Part shown: in pieces, positions 13,158 to 25,430 of the stretch | Numbering within the stretch: the first letter of the stretch is position 1 | Layout: each line of letters starts with the position of its first letter | Notes under the pieces: generated by a model | Database searches by the model: none | What the model was told of the DNA's origin: nothing | The model's input: the letters and a program-made list of their open reading frames with translations, nothing else | Made by a program: the position numbers and the translations under genes | Source: Felis catus | Lineage: Eukaryota | Reading direction: 5' to 3' | DNA: 64,000 bases | Assembly (NCBI RefSeq): GCF_018350175.1 | Contig: NC_058368.1 | Coordinates: 233,618,001 to 233,682,000, forward strand

Positions 13158-13879
13158 AGGCCTCCGTGTTTCTTATGGTTTATGCCCTGGAGGCATGTTT
13201 GTGGGAACCCCAGCAAGAAGACAACATTTGTCACGTCTTACCATTTTTACTATTTCCCCACATTTTCTTTCCCCACCTTTTGAGAAAGAAATGGAGGGTC
13301 ACACTGCTGTCCCCATGTCTGTTCTCTGCAAGTTAACACTGTCAGTGACAGCGCTCTGAAACACTACGGCGGGTCCGGGGGGCCAGCCATGTGCTGGCCG
13401 GGAAGAGCGCGTCCACTGGTCATTGTCAACACAGGTGCCCATGCGACACGGAGCCGGCCCCACCACGTGCCGGTCTACAGCACAGCTCACGACCGCTCTG
13501 TGCTCCCTGGCTCTGAGTTCATGCTCACCAAGCTGCCCTCGGCTATCTGGAGGCACATGCTGCGTGTCTTTAATGCCTCCTGAAATGTGTCCAGGCTCAA
13601 CTGAGTTAAGTTTTATTTTTAGACCAGAGAGAGGCAAGAAGTCAGATGAGCTACTGTTTTGTAGTCTGGCCACTTTTTCCTTCCTTTTCTTCCTTTCTCC
13701 GTTCTGGAAAGCCTGACGGTAAGACCTCGAGCTTTCCTAACGCAAGCTGAGCCTTCACAACAGATGCTCGAACCCAAAGAACAGTCCATCAGAAGGCAAG
13801 GAGAGAGCCCGATTGCATTTCAGGGGTCATCCACCATCTTTGAAACTCACTGGGGGCACGTGTTCACTCTGTACGATCA

Positions 13880-13960
13880 GAGGCTTGTCAAAACTCATCA
13901 AAATATATACATTTGAAATGGTGCCTCTTGTGGTATGTGAGCTTTACCTCAATAAAGCTC
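13880..13960 (+). mobile_element. Old L1 3'-terminal fragment
   Basis: TGTCAAAACTCATCAAAATATATACATTTGAAATG...TACCTCAATAAAGCT is a typical L1M terminus. Confidence 0.65.
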
Positions 13961-15078
13961 ATCTGAAGTCTTAGAGCACAGGTTACAGGGGCTGCTCACC
14001 TTGTGACAAGGACCCTTTGGGGCACGCTGGCCTTCGAACTAGATCCCGAGAAAGTGGAGGCATCGAGTGGCCAAAGGCCAGGGCTTGACCAGCGCCATAT
14101 TGGCCCTTTTCTTCAGGGGTAGGGTTAAGCTGGACTACAGTCTCTCCTCCCATTAAAAAACAAGAAGAAATAACCGATTTCAATAAAAGTATTTAAAAAT
14201 ACTACACACTGGTTAAAAATATTCAGTGTAAGTGAGCTACTGCAGGGAAAAATCGGTAACTTCTCTTTTAAGTGTCTCAATTTCTGAGATCTCCTAAAAA
14301 TTCATCAGAAGGCCAATCCCTTCCGGTACGTTTACAGTTCAAGACGGTAAGCGAGGAAATATCATAAAAGAGAACCCATGCAGGGATGCGCCTTCCCGCC
14401 GTCTAATTTGAATGACCAGATCCAAAAGGCATTTCTGGGGACTGGAAGGAGGTACGAGGTAAGTTCAAGATCTACTTCTCAGGGGACTGAACTGTATTAT
14501 GTTCCAAGAATTCCAAGCAGGGGAGACAGAACAGATCCACCTGTGGCTAACATTCTTAAAGGTTGTATTTGGGTGATTTTATTGCCTTCGAAAGAAAAAA
14601 AGCAAAGGTTTACGACGAATACAGATGCATGCTTGTTAGTCCTGGCACGTGCAAGGATGTAGGAAGGGTGTCTGTCACCATCAAAATACTGCTTTTCACT
14701 GATGAAAGACTCGGAGTCCAGACTCTTCTTTCCAGAAGGATTTTTAAAAACAATGTAATTAAAATGTGGATTAAGGGGAAAAGTTTGTTTTTCTCTGCCT
14801 GAACAAGTCAGTTTATTTGAAGAGGTTTATAGCAGTGTTTCAGCTGGCTTCATGAACAACAGCCCCTTCTCGGCCTTACAGGATGCTCTCCTTATGGAAG
14901 CAATTACCACAAATGTATTGCTTCTTCTAACCAATAGCTCTATTAAATCCACCTCCACGAATTACAGGATTCTCACTAAGCCATTGATAGTAACACTTTA
15001 ATTAAATGGTCCAGCTCCATACGGATTTCATTATTTCGGCCAACATATTGCTCAGGTAATACAATTAAGTACAGAGAT

Positions 15079-15299
15079 GGGGTGCCAGGGTGACTCAGGC
15101 GGCTGAGCGTCCGACTTTGGCTCGGGTCACGATCTCACGGTTCTTGAGCTCAAGTCCCACATCGGGCTTGCTGCTGTTGGCACAGAGCCCACTTGGATCC
15201 TCTGTCTCCCTCTCTCTCTCTCTCTCTGCCCTTCCCCTGCTCATATACAGTCTCTCTCTCTCTCTCAAAAATAAATTTTAAAAAATTAAGTTAAAAAAA
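15079..15299 (+). mobile_element. CanSINE
   Basis: SINE head, (CT)n, A tail. Confidence 0.9.
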
Positions 15300-15815
15300 C
15301 CCAACAAAACATCAATAAAGCATCTCTCACAGACCTAATCCAGAAAAGTAAAAAAAGATAACAGGCATAATTTTAGACAAAGCACCCTCAGGGAATGGCT
15401 TTCCAGGGGATCTGGGATGCCTTGATCCCAGGGGGGCTCCCCAACTCTTTTTAAGTAGTTACATAATAATTACATCCCGAACCCTCAGAGGTACATATGT
15501 ACTGGTATGCAACGGAACATTCTACAGTTTCCAACATCTGTTGCAATACGTTTCCTCCCAAACTATGATGTTCCAGAGCTGATAAGAAGACCTACCGCAC
15601 CTATGTTCAAACACCAGTGCTGGTGACTCTCGGGGATCACAGAACCTCTGGGAGTTTAGTCACACCTGGCACCCTGCGGGCTTTCTGAAATGCTTTGAGT
15701 GGTAGAACACATGAAAAAGCCTTGTTATTCCTGTCTTCTTAGAGGGAAACCAGAAATTATTACCTCCAAACACTTGCTTTCTGCATCTTTATTTTTGTTA
15801 TTTTTAATTTTTTAG

Positions 15816-15906
15816 TATTTTATTTTATATTTTATTTTACTTTATTTTACTATTTTATTTTATTTTATTTCATTTCATTTCATTTCACTTCACTTTACTT
15901 TATTTT
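15816..15906. repeat. (TATTT)n/(CATTT)n pentanucleotide repeat
   Basis: Directly visible. Confidence 0.9.
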
Positions 15907-17879
15907 AATTTTCCTTTGTGCATCTTTATGTGGAAGCCTGGACCTATCAAGAGACAGCATGACGCAAGTGGAGAACACGGACTCCGACGCTTCCTGTTCG
16001 TGAAGTTCAGTCATTGCAACTCTCTGCATCTGTTTGCCAATGCTTAAAAGGGGCAGTGATACTGATTTTGCAAGAAGGATCGTGCGAGTGCAGGGAGCAT
16101 GGAGAAGAACCGTGAGTGTCTGTTACAGGGTCCTGCATCGTTAACTGCCATGAACGCAGAGCAGTTTTCCTTCCTCTGCTTCCCCAGTCCCAAAGAAGAT
16201 GTTTAGAGCCCCTGAGAGAGCGAAACGTGCTACAGTGAAGACTGACCCTTGAAGAAGAACTCTGCAGAAGGTTCTGGCATTGAGGGTGTCTGCAGGTTCA
16301 GAAAAAAAATAAACACACAACTAATTCTACCTGTGGGGAGTCCAGAACTATATCTCAAAGTAGGTGACTCTAGAGCTGAATTTTCAAAGACAAACAGGAA
16401 TTCTGTGGGCACAGGGGACAGTGGGAGCGAGAAAAGAGAATACTGTCGAGAATCAACCATAGCGTTCCATGGACTGAGTGGCAAGGAAGCTGGGGAAATT
16501 TGGGGCACGTCATGGTGGCAGAGGGGTGTCATGTGAGTGCTAGTGCAGGTGGCAGTCATGGGTCTGGGAAGGCTGCAGCATGTGCTGTCTCAGCAAAGTG
16601 ACACAGGGACACAAGGCGTGGGACAGGGGAGTGTATGGAGCCTGGGTGCAGAAGACCAGATGCGAGGGTGCCAGGCACGGGGCAACAGCACTCCAGGACG
16701 GATGACAGTCAAGGGAATCAGGTTCACGGCAAAGACTGATGCAGACACATCCTGCGGTTGTACCAAGGGACTTAGTCATCAACGAGCTGACAGATGTCCA
16801 AAGAAGAAAGGTTTATTCCAAGTAGTTGATCGTTTAATGCAATTCTCTCTCCAATGTCACAAATGTGGACGGAAATCACTGCCAATGAGACCTTCTGTAG
16901 AACAAGGGTCACATCTAACGTTTCCCAGCCACACTCATACCAGTGTCATGTTTGTTAGTGAGTGACGCAACTGGGGACAGGGAGTTTGAGATTCAGCAGA
17001 CTGTTAGCGGTTCGTTTTCTCAACAATAAGGGCATTTCGTAAGAAAATTGAGATATGTTATTTCCCAACTTAAAAAGCAATCAACCCTTGGTTAATTTCA
17101 GAAACAAAGAAGGTTTGGTTATAGTTTTAATGGTCAGATAGTGCTTAGTTGCCATTTAAGGGAAAGATAACCACTCAATCTGATACAATTTCAGAGAGCA
17201 CCACTATGGGTAGGGATTAATCTGCATTCTCGCTTTGGGAACTCAGGAATGTCAAGGCAGGACCTCTAGGGTTCTACCTGCAAAAAGTTTCTAGAGTCCC
17301 AGGAAAACGAAATAGTAGCCAATGGTCTGCCACTGGATGAGGGCATTTCAAAGTCCCAAAGGGGAAATCCATGAAGGAAAGAGAGCTGGAGGGGCTCCAA
17401 GTGGATATACGAGAAGCAGGAGCTCACTGGAAGTTCAGGTCTGCTCGGGACCCTGCAGATGTTAGCTGGAGAGACACGGGTCTCTGCATGCCACGGGGCT
17501 ACACGGCCCTAGCCTCCTGCCAGCCACTCTGCCAAACACTCCTGCACAGTGAAAACTGTGAAGCCAAAACAGCCAGGCAGCTCTGAGGGCCTTCGGAGGG
17601 GCAACGAGTGCTTGTCACTTAAACATCAGGCTACTCCAAATGTGGTCAAGAGTCATAACCACAAGGACAGAGCTCAGATTTCAGATTCCAGAGGTGATGG
17701 AGCAAAGATCCAGAAACAAATGAACATGTGCTTAAAAATGGAATCGTCTTTGGAAAGCAGACACCTCTGGGTATGAGACCCAAGTGTGGGAGAACGTAGA
17801 GTTGTTTCTTGATATTCACTGCACCATCTGGTGAGAAAACTGCTTTCCATTTTGTTTCACTGTCTTCAAACTTGGTCTT

Positions 17880-18232
17880 GTGATCTGCGATGCCCCTCCT
17901 GTCATGGCGGTCCCATTTCTCCTCTCAACTAACGTAAAATTTGGCCCAACGCTTCGCAGGGAAAGTGACGTGAGCCACTTCCGAACAGAAGCTCGGAGGG
18001 CCAATACAGGACTCTGCCCTCTTCGCCGCCATTTGCTGCGGGCCCGGCAACGTTCCGCGAGGGGATGCTCCCTCAGCCTACGATCCAGAGGAAGAGGAAG
18101 CTCAGCGAAGTGCAGCCAGTCATCCAGGACTGAAACGCAACGTGAGCAAAGAAGCCCGACTCTGCCGGAGGTCGTCGGGATTTCAGGATTGTTTGTTACG
18201 ACAGCATAACCTCACCTAGCCTGACTAACACA
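17880..18232 (+). mobile_element. MaLR solo LTR (MLT1J-like)
   Basis: AAGTGACGTGAGCCACTTCCG...GTTTGTTACGACAGCATAACCTCACCTAGCCTGACTAACACA matches recalled MLT1J 3' end. Confidence 0.75.
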
Positions 18233-18986
18233 CCGGGTCGTAACATTTGTGATCCTTTGTAGGAATTACAAAATAATCCCCAGAGAGCAGAGCCCCTCGC
18301 TGTTATGTGACACCACTGGCTTTATGAGTTCCTTTCGAAATTTTCTTTTTTTTTTTTTTTTCCGGTATTATCATCCTCGCCTACAAAGCCACCACCTGTA
18401 ATTATGGGCTGCTGCCTGCAGATGTAGAGTGAGCTGCGCCAGCCTGGGCCCCCAGCACACATGCATGCAATCAGCCCTGCTCCCTCTCCTCCCAGGGCAG
18501 GCAACAAAGGCGGACAAGTAAATATTATGGTCCCATGTTTATTTTTAATTTCACAAAAGCTCATTTAAATGCAAATCACAGATGGTGCTGGGATTCTAGG
18601 CGAGTTGCCAGGAAGTTTCTTTAGGGCCTGAAGTCTGGGCACAGTCTTGACTTGACTGCGCTTTCAACATATTTCAATGATTAAAGTGCCTGAGCCTGAA
18701 GAAATATTTCAGAGCTGCTGCTATTAAGAAGTATTAAAGCTAACTGGCAAAAACTACCACTCGAATAGCGTGCTCTTAAAGGGACAGGATAATCAGGGGC
18801 CGCTGGTGCAAGACCAGAGCTAAAGTGGTCTATGCAGACGGACACTCACCTCAAGCGGCATAGGGGTCCGGGTACAGGTGCTCCGCCAGCTTCCTAAACC
18901 AAGTCCACGGCCGCCACGCCTCGTGCTGGCCATAACTATTTCCACATGGGATTGTATTCTCCCACCCAAACTTGAACTACTGGCCT

Positions 18987-19155
18987 TTATATATTTATAT
19001 ATACGTATATGTACATATATATGTATAGTACATGTATATGTATAGATATGTATAGTATATGTATAGTAGTCATATATATACATATATGTACGTATATATG
19101 TATATATGTATGTATATATAATTTAAAATATATTATATATAATATAAACATATTT
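18987..19155. repeat. (TA)n/(TATG)n low-complexity tract
   Basis: Directly visible. Confidence 0.9.
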
Positions 19156-20643
19156 TACAAAGCAGATTCATTATGAGTAGATAACACTGGTTTTTTTCCT
19201 CTCTGTATACTGACGCAAAAATTAACATATGAAGAAATCATTCTTCTAGGAAACCTGAGTAGCTAATACTTGAACTTTCCTGGCAAAACTGTCTCCCTAA
19301 TTTAGAAATATTACCTTGCTGCCTGCTAAAGGTGGCATGGTATGTGTTTGAACCTGGTGCCCAATGAGACCATGAAAACAGTCCCGCAAGTGCTGTTCCT
19401 TGCTGCCCCTCTCAGCCAGGAGACAGGCGGGTGTCGGTCAAACCAATGCCAGTTTCATTTCAGCCGCACGCGGCTCCCACAGGGAGGGGCCTGGACTTCA
19501 TGAAACCTCCCTCCGTGGAAGTTAGGAAGATGGAGAAGCTCGGTCGTGCCGTCCCCGTCACAAAGGTCACGAGGTCACCACTTCCAGGCGCTTCATCAGT
19601 GACTTCGGTGAGGGTCCGAAAGGCCCTTCAATAAGAAATGCCACCTGCAGTCCTCCAGCAGGGGGAGTCTGTTGGGGGAGGGTGAGGACAGGAGCCAGTG
19701 AATTTTCAAGAGCCACCTGGCCAGGGTGGAGGAAGCCAGAGGTCCCACTGACCACGAGGGAACCGCGGGCAAGCTGAGATGCTGTCGGGTTCTGGAGGCT
19801 TGTCAGAGCATCCTAGAGAACAGCTTCCTGATGAAGCTTATGAACCGGGGGCACCTTGCAGGCTCTGGCTCTCCCTGGGCACACGCACCTGCCGGCACGT
19901 GCCCTCCCACGGGGGAGACGCTGATACAGGACCCGAACCGGAGTCTGCCCCGGTAAACCTTCACGGCCTCCCTCTGCACTGAGTCAGGGCGCCCCCACTC
20001 CCACCACCCAGCACCACACTCAGCCCAAACGGCCCAGAAGTCACCGGACCTCCATCACTCCGGTGTCTGTCTTCTCCACTAGAATATGAACTCATGGAGG
20101 ACACAGCAGAGTTCCTAACCTAAGTCTCTATGAAAGACACACTTGATGAGAAAACGGAAGCTGGGGGGCCTCAGCTCTGGGTCCTGTTTTTACCCCCCTC
20201 CAGGCATGCCACCCTCAGCCCCTCCCATGGGAGTGCCTCCCACTGACAGGCAGCTTCTCCACAGCAGAGCCCGAAGTTTGCTACCGCTTGGGAGGGCGCA
20301 GAAGTTGCACAGTGCAAAAGCAAATCCCAACCTCGTGACCCCATGGAGCTCAAGGCTGAGCAGGTAGTAGACAATGAACAAGTGAAAAAGGAAACGTGCA
20401 TAGAAATTGTGGCAACCGCGTCAGGGGGTTAGGACACGGAATCACTGCCTATTTGGCTTGCGGAGTCGGGTTTCTCCAGGAGTGACAACTGAAACCAAGA
20501 CCGAGGACCCAGAAGGAATTGAGGGAGGGGTAGGTCCAGCCAAGGTGTTTCTAAGAAACTTCAGTGGACCCTGAACTCGGTGGCTAAGTGAGTATGGTTC
20601 AGAAAAACACGTGGCAGTACACCTAGAAGCGGGGCATGTGTCT

Positions 20644-21208
20644 GCGGCAACCAGCTGCATGGGTGGCCCCCAATGTTCCCCTCCAGCTGGTGCTCACGCC
20701 CCTGCGGTACCCCCTCCCCCTTGGGTGTGAGCTGGACCCAACGGGCAAAAGCGATGGGTCAGATGGCACTTCCAAGATGAGGTTACAATGACTATGGCTT
20801 TGTCTTGCTCTCAGTTTCTCTGTTGCTGGTACTTCGCTGCCCTATCCCTCACTTGCTCTGAAGAAGCTAGTAGCCATATCATAGCTGCCTATGGAAAGAG
20901 CCAAGTAGCAAGGAACTGAGTGAGGCCACCTGCCAATAGCTCATGAGAAACTGAGGCTGTCAGACCGACAGTCTACAAGGGATTAAACAGTGCCAATGAC
21001 CACTGAGTGAGCTTGGGTCCATTGCCAGGAAAGCCTTAAGATACAATGTCCCAGCCAACACCTCAACCACAGCTTAGAAGAGTCAGAGAGTCCAGCTAAG
21101 CTGTGCCCAGATCCCTGGCCCACATAAACCGTGAGACAGATGATAAATGTTGTTCCGAATCACTAAGTTTTGGGGAAATTTGTTATGCAGCTGTAGCTAA
21201 TTATCACA
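20644..21208 (+). mobile_element. MaLR solo LTR (MLT1F-like)
   Basis: GGCCCCCAATG start, CAAGGAACTGAG, CCAGCTAAGCTGTGCCCAGATCCCTGGCCCACA, end TTTGTTATGCAGC. Confidence 0.8.
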
Positions 21209-21826
21209 CACACTGACCTGGAAAACTGAGAGGCAAAGTTAGACAAGCAGAGGTAACCCACACATTAGAGAGAGAAGAACCACACCATCCCTAACCTTTC
21301 CCAGGCTGGAGAAAAAGGGGTGGAGGTCATGTTAGCAGAGTCTAGAGGTTACTATGTAGAACCAAACTGGGCCTGTCCATCAGGAGCTGGCACCACAGAA
21401 GAGAAGCAACTATGAGGTTACAAAGAAGGGAAAACGTATTACTGGTTCTCTCTTCCTGTGTCACCCAAACTTCTGCCAGTGCCAGGGGCACCTGCACCCA
21501 GCTGGAGCCAGCCAGACTCTAAAGCCTGGGACACCTCTTGCTGGGTCAGTCCCTGTGATATAGAGCATCAAAGAGTCAGGGATCACCTGTGTTCATCAAA
21601 CATGCAGGGATCACCTGTGTTCTCTCTATGGGAATCTGTCTCAGGTCACGACACCTGGGTTTCCCCTGGTTGTCATTTGTTTTTCATTTCTGCATGATGA
21701 CCCCTTCTCCTGTCTCCATGCAGAGGGGCTTCCCTGGATGCTCCCTGTCTCTCTCCCCTTACTTTACTCACTCCTTCTTGTAGAGCAGAGCAGTGTGGCC
21801 GGTGGGACTGGAGAAGGTAAGGCCTC

Positions 21827-22240
21827 TGTGGTGGGCTGGACGATGCCCCACCCAAGACATCTGAACCTGCAAATGCGTGGTAAAAGGGGCTTTGCAGATT
21901 GATTCAGTTGAGGACCTGGGGGTGGGAGGCTACTCTGGATGGACCCCGCGAGGTAGACCCACCAAACAGGGCTTTTTATAAGGTGAAGGAAGACGGATCA
22001 GAGAAGTGATAGGAGATGTGCCTTTGGAAGGAAGAGGCTGGAATGATGAGGAACAAGGAAGGCAGGAAATGGATTCACCTACAGACCCTTCCACAGGAAT
22101 CACCCTGCCCATTCCTTGATTTAACCCCCAAGGAAACCAATTTCATACTTTGGGCCTCAGGCCCCATAAGAACAAATCTGTGTTATTCTAAGCCACAAAA
22201 GTTGCGGTAACTTGTACAGCAGCCATAGGAAACCAATGCT
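21827..22240 (+). mobile_element. MaLR solo LTR (MLT1D-like)
   Basis: TGTGGTGGGCTG start, CTTTGCAGAT, end TAAGCCAC...CAGCAGCCATAGGAAACCAAT. Confidence 0.8.
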
Positions 22241-22799
22241 GCCTGCTCACCTTGGCTAGTCCTCGCTGGCCCTGTAGTATCTTCCTGCCACAGGGAATGT
22301 GAGTGTTGACGGCGGCTCCTGGTCATAGACAAGGGTCAACACCGGCGAGGCATATGGAAAAGGGTCAGCAAAGCGCTAGCAAACTCCTTTGCTCTCAGGT
22401 CTAATGGAGATACTTTTGTCTCTGGTTCAGAGTCATGAGTGTATCTCTCGGTTGGTTTTGAGAGAACAGGGAGCTGATATGAGAAGTGCTCCTAAAACCT
22501 AGTAGGTCTCACGTGTGTGAGAGCATTCAGTAACTCTGTTGGTATGAACACAATGTATATAAATACATATACTGCCAGTTCTGTTTTCGTGGAAGGCGCT
22601 GACTGAAACACCTCTTAACACCAAAAAAAAAAAAAAAAAGCCATCATAGCCATATTAATTTTGATAAAGCAGACTGCAGAACAGGGACCATGATCAAAGA
22701 TAAACAGCGACATTACATAATGGAAAAAGGTCAATTCTCTAAGAACTCATAATAATCCTAAATGTGTAAAAAAAAATTTTTTTTTTAAAAAAGAAGAAA

Positions 22800-23016
22800 G
22801 GGGCGCCTGGGTGGCTCAGTCGGTTAAGCCTCCGACTTCGGCTCAGGTCATGATCTCACGGTCCGTGGGTTTGAGCCCCGCATCGGGCTCTGTGCTGACA
22901 GCTCGGAGCCTGGAGCCGGCTTCAGATTCTGTGTCTCCCTCTCTCTCTGCCCCTCCCCCGTTCATGCTCTGTCTCTCTCTGTCTAAAAAATAAATAAACA
23001 TTAAAAACAAATTGAA
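22800..23016 (+). mobile_element. CanSINE SINEC_Fc-type with 31-nt extra 5' A/T segment inside its TSD
   Basis: Full SINE; 18-bp TSD AATAATCCTAAATGTGTA at 22751-22768 and 23017-23034. Confidence 0.95.
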
Positions 23017-23747
23017 AATAATCCTAAATGTGTACACACCTAACAACAGAGGGCAAAATACGTGAGGCAAAAATTGACAGAACTGATAAAATACACAAAT
23101 CCATGATTGTAGTTGGTGACTTCATATTCCTCTCTCAGGAACTGATAGATTAAGCAAGTAGGAAATCAGTAAGGGAATAAAGGACCTGAACAGCAGGATC
23201 CATCAACTTGACCTCGCTGACATTTATACAACACTCCATCTCACAAGATCAGAATACACTCTTCTCAAAAATTCATGGAAAATTCGCCATGACAGACCAC
23301 ATTCTGGACCTCAAACCAACCTGGACAAATTTGGAAGAACAGAAATTATACAAAGTGTGTTCTCAGGCCATGAATGAATGAAACTAGAAATCAGTAGCAG
23401 GAAAATGGCTGGAAGAGCCCCCAAATATTTGGAAATTAAACAGTATACTTAGAGATAATCTCTCAGTCAAATTAGAAATCACAAGGGAAATTGCAAAATA
23501 TCCTGAACAAAGTGAAAATAAAAAATCCACCTATCAGAATTTGTGAGATGCAGCCAAAGCAGTGCTCAGAGGCAAATTGGTTGCATCAAATGTGCCTGTT
23601 TTAGAAAAGAAGTAGATCTAATATCAGTAACAAGCTTTCATCTAGGGAAAGGAGAGGAAAAAAAGAGCAAATTCAACATAAAGCAAGCAGAAGGAAGGAG
23701 ATAAAATTAAAACAGAAATTAATGAGATTAAAATGAGGAAAATAATA

Positions 23748-23962
23748 GGGGCACCTGCATGGCTCTGTCGGTTAAGCGTCTGACTCTTGGTTTCAGCTCA
23801 GGTCATGATCTCACGGCTTTGTGGGTCTGAGCCCCACACCGGGCTCTGCTCTGGGAGCACGGAGCCCGCTTGGGATTCTCAGTCTCCCTCTCTCTCTGCC
23901 CCTCCCTGACTTGTGCTGTCTCTGTCTCTCTCAAAATAAATAAATACATTTCCCTCTTTAAA
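23748..23962 (+). mobile_element. CanSINE
   Basis: TSD AAAATGAGGAAAAT(A/G)ATA at 23730-23747 and 23963-23980. Confidence 0.93.
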
Positions 23963-25229
23963 AAAATGAGGAAAATGATAGAGAAAATCAAGACATAGTA
24001 GATCTGGTTCTCTGCAAAGATGAATCGATTTGATACACTTCTAACTGAGCTTAAAGTAACAATCTTAGGATAAGGGAGGGATTTATACCATATTTGTTTT
24101 GTGCAGTACCTGCCTGTAAAGGAATTATGCTATTTCTGCTTCCCAGTTCCATAAGTGAATCAGTTAGGGTCTAAAGCCAGAAACTGTCAGTGGAATGTGG
24201 TCACGAAGCCTACAGTTCTGGCAACCGTCAGTGGGCGCAAAGCTCAGGACAGCTTCGTGGAGAGATCCGGGCGGTGGTCCTGAGGAAGGGGCCTGTGTGG
24301 CATGGGCTTCCTTCTTGCCACTCAGTGCTTTGCTTTATCTAACCACGCCCTCTTCACAGAAAGGTTTCCTGATTTTCCAAGGGTTGGTCAGGGTAAAGTG
24401 ACTGTAGTTCTTGAGTTGTTTTATTCTTTTTCATTAAGAAGCAAATACAGAAAACAAGAAGACAGAGAACCCCCACGTGATTTTTGCCTGCCTCTGGGAA
24501 AACAGTGAGCGTCCATGTCCTTCCAGTCAGGGCCCCACAGTCAATGCCAGTGGCTGAATTTGCTCAGCGCTGCTCCATAACAAACACCCTCACCCAGCCA
24601 TCCATAACCACACCACCGCTGGAAACCTTCACTTCTCCATGGACCACGATCCCTTTCCCTTTCGATATTTTCCAGAAGAGCTTTTACATCAGTGCTCTGC
24701 ACTCTGAACACACAGTCATAAAAGTCATAAAAGGAGAGAAGAGGGAAGACCTTGGGATCATTTCCTCCAGACCCTTCATTTTACAGATCAGGGCATTTGC
24801 ATGGGGAGGGCACAGAAGGGCCTGGAGTCACAGGGCTCCTGACTCCTGCTGGAGCTAGACTCAGCTCACATTCCCAGCTTCCCAGGTCATGTCCCCTCTT
24901 TGTTCCTGTTGGCGTTTCTCACCGCCCCCTTGGGACAGGTGCCTGTTGTACATATTCCTGCCTTACACATATAATTGATCACCAGAAGTGGGAATGGTTC
25001 CACCTTAGGCTTCAAAAAGCCCTATGCTTTCCGTAACACTAGCCCTGGCTTTACTTTAAATTATAATCCAGTACATGTGGCTGCAGACTCTGTGTCAAAA
25101 ATGTAGTTCCTTCTTGGTCTGCCATTAAAGTCCAGAAAATCACCTAAGATTTTACTTTATGCAGCTCCGGGAAAGCTCAGTCTTCCATTTAATGGATCAC
25201 TGCAGTGAGAAGGGAGGGAGTGCCCAAAG

Positions 25230-25430
25230 ACTTCCACAGCGGTTAGGAGTGTGGGATCTGCCATCAGGCTCCCCAGGTCTGAACCTATGCCCGACACCCA
25301 AAGGTGGGTAACTTGGGAGCCACCTGCTGCCTCTCCCGGCCTCAGGTTCCTCTCCCCAGTAGAGACAATGGTGGATGTTTCCCCGGGTCGAGATGTGTAA
25401 CGTGCCTGGGAAAGCAGATGTTAGTTACCT
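25230..25430 (+). mobile_element. MIR relic
   Basis: CAGCGGTTAGGAGTGTGGG...GGGTAACTTGGG...GCCTCAGGTTCCTC resembles MIR. Confidence 0.5.

Larger units (their letters stand above)
22640..24050 (+). mobile_element. Decayed L1 ORF2 endonuclease-region fragment with two nested SINEs
   Basis: Segments corresponding to IILNVYAPN, IVGDFN, IDHILG and FSDHN motifs (ATAATCCTAAATGTGTA, GTAGTTGGTGACTTC, GACCACATTCTGG, TTCTCAGGCCATGAA), with frameshifts. Confidence 0.85.

Noticed and set aside
15961..19218. TGACG half-CRE words (e.g. 15961, 16963, 17967, 19211) as cAMP feedback elements
   Set aside because: Half-sites are expected by chance; no full TGACGTCA noticed and no clustering.
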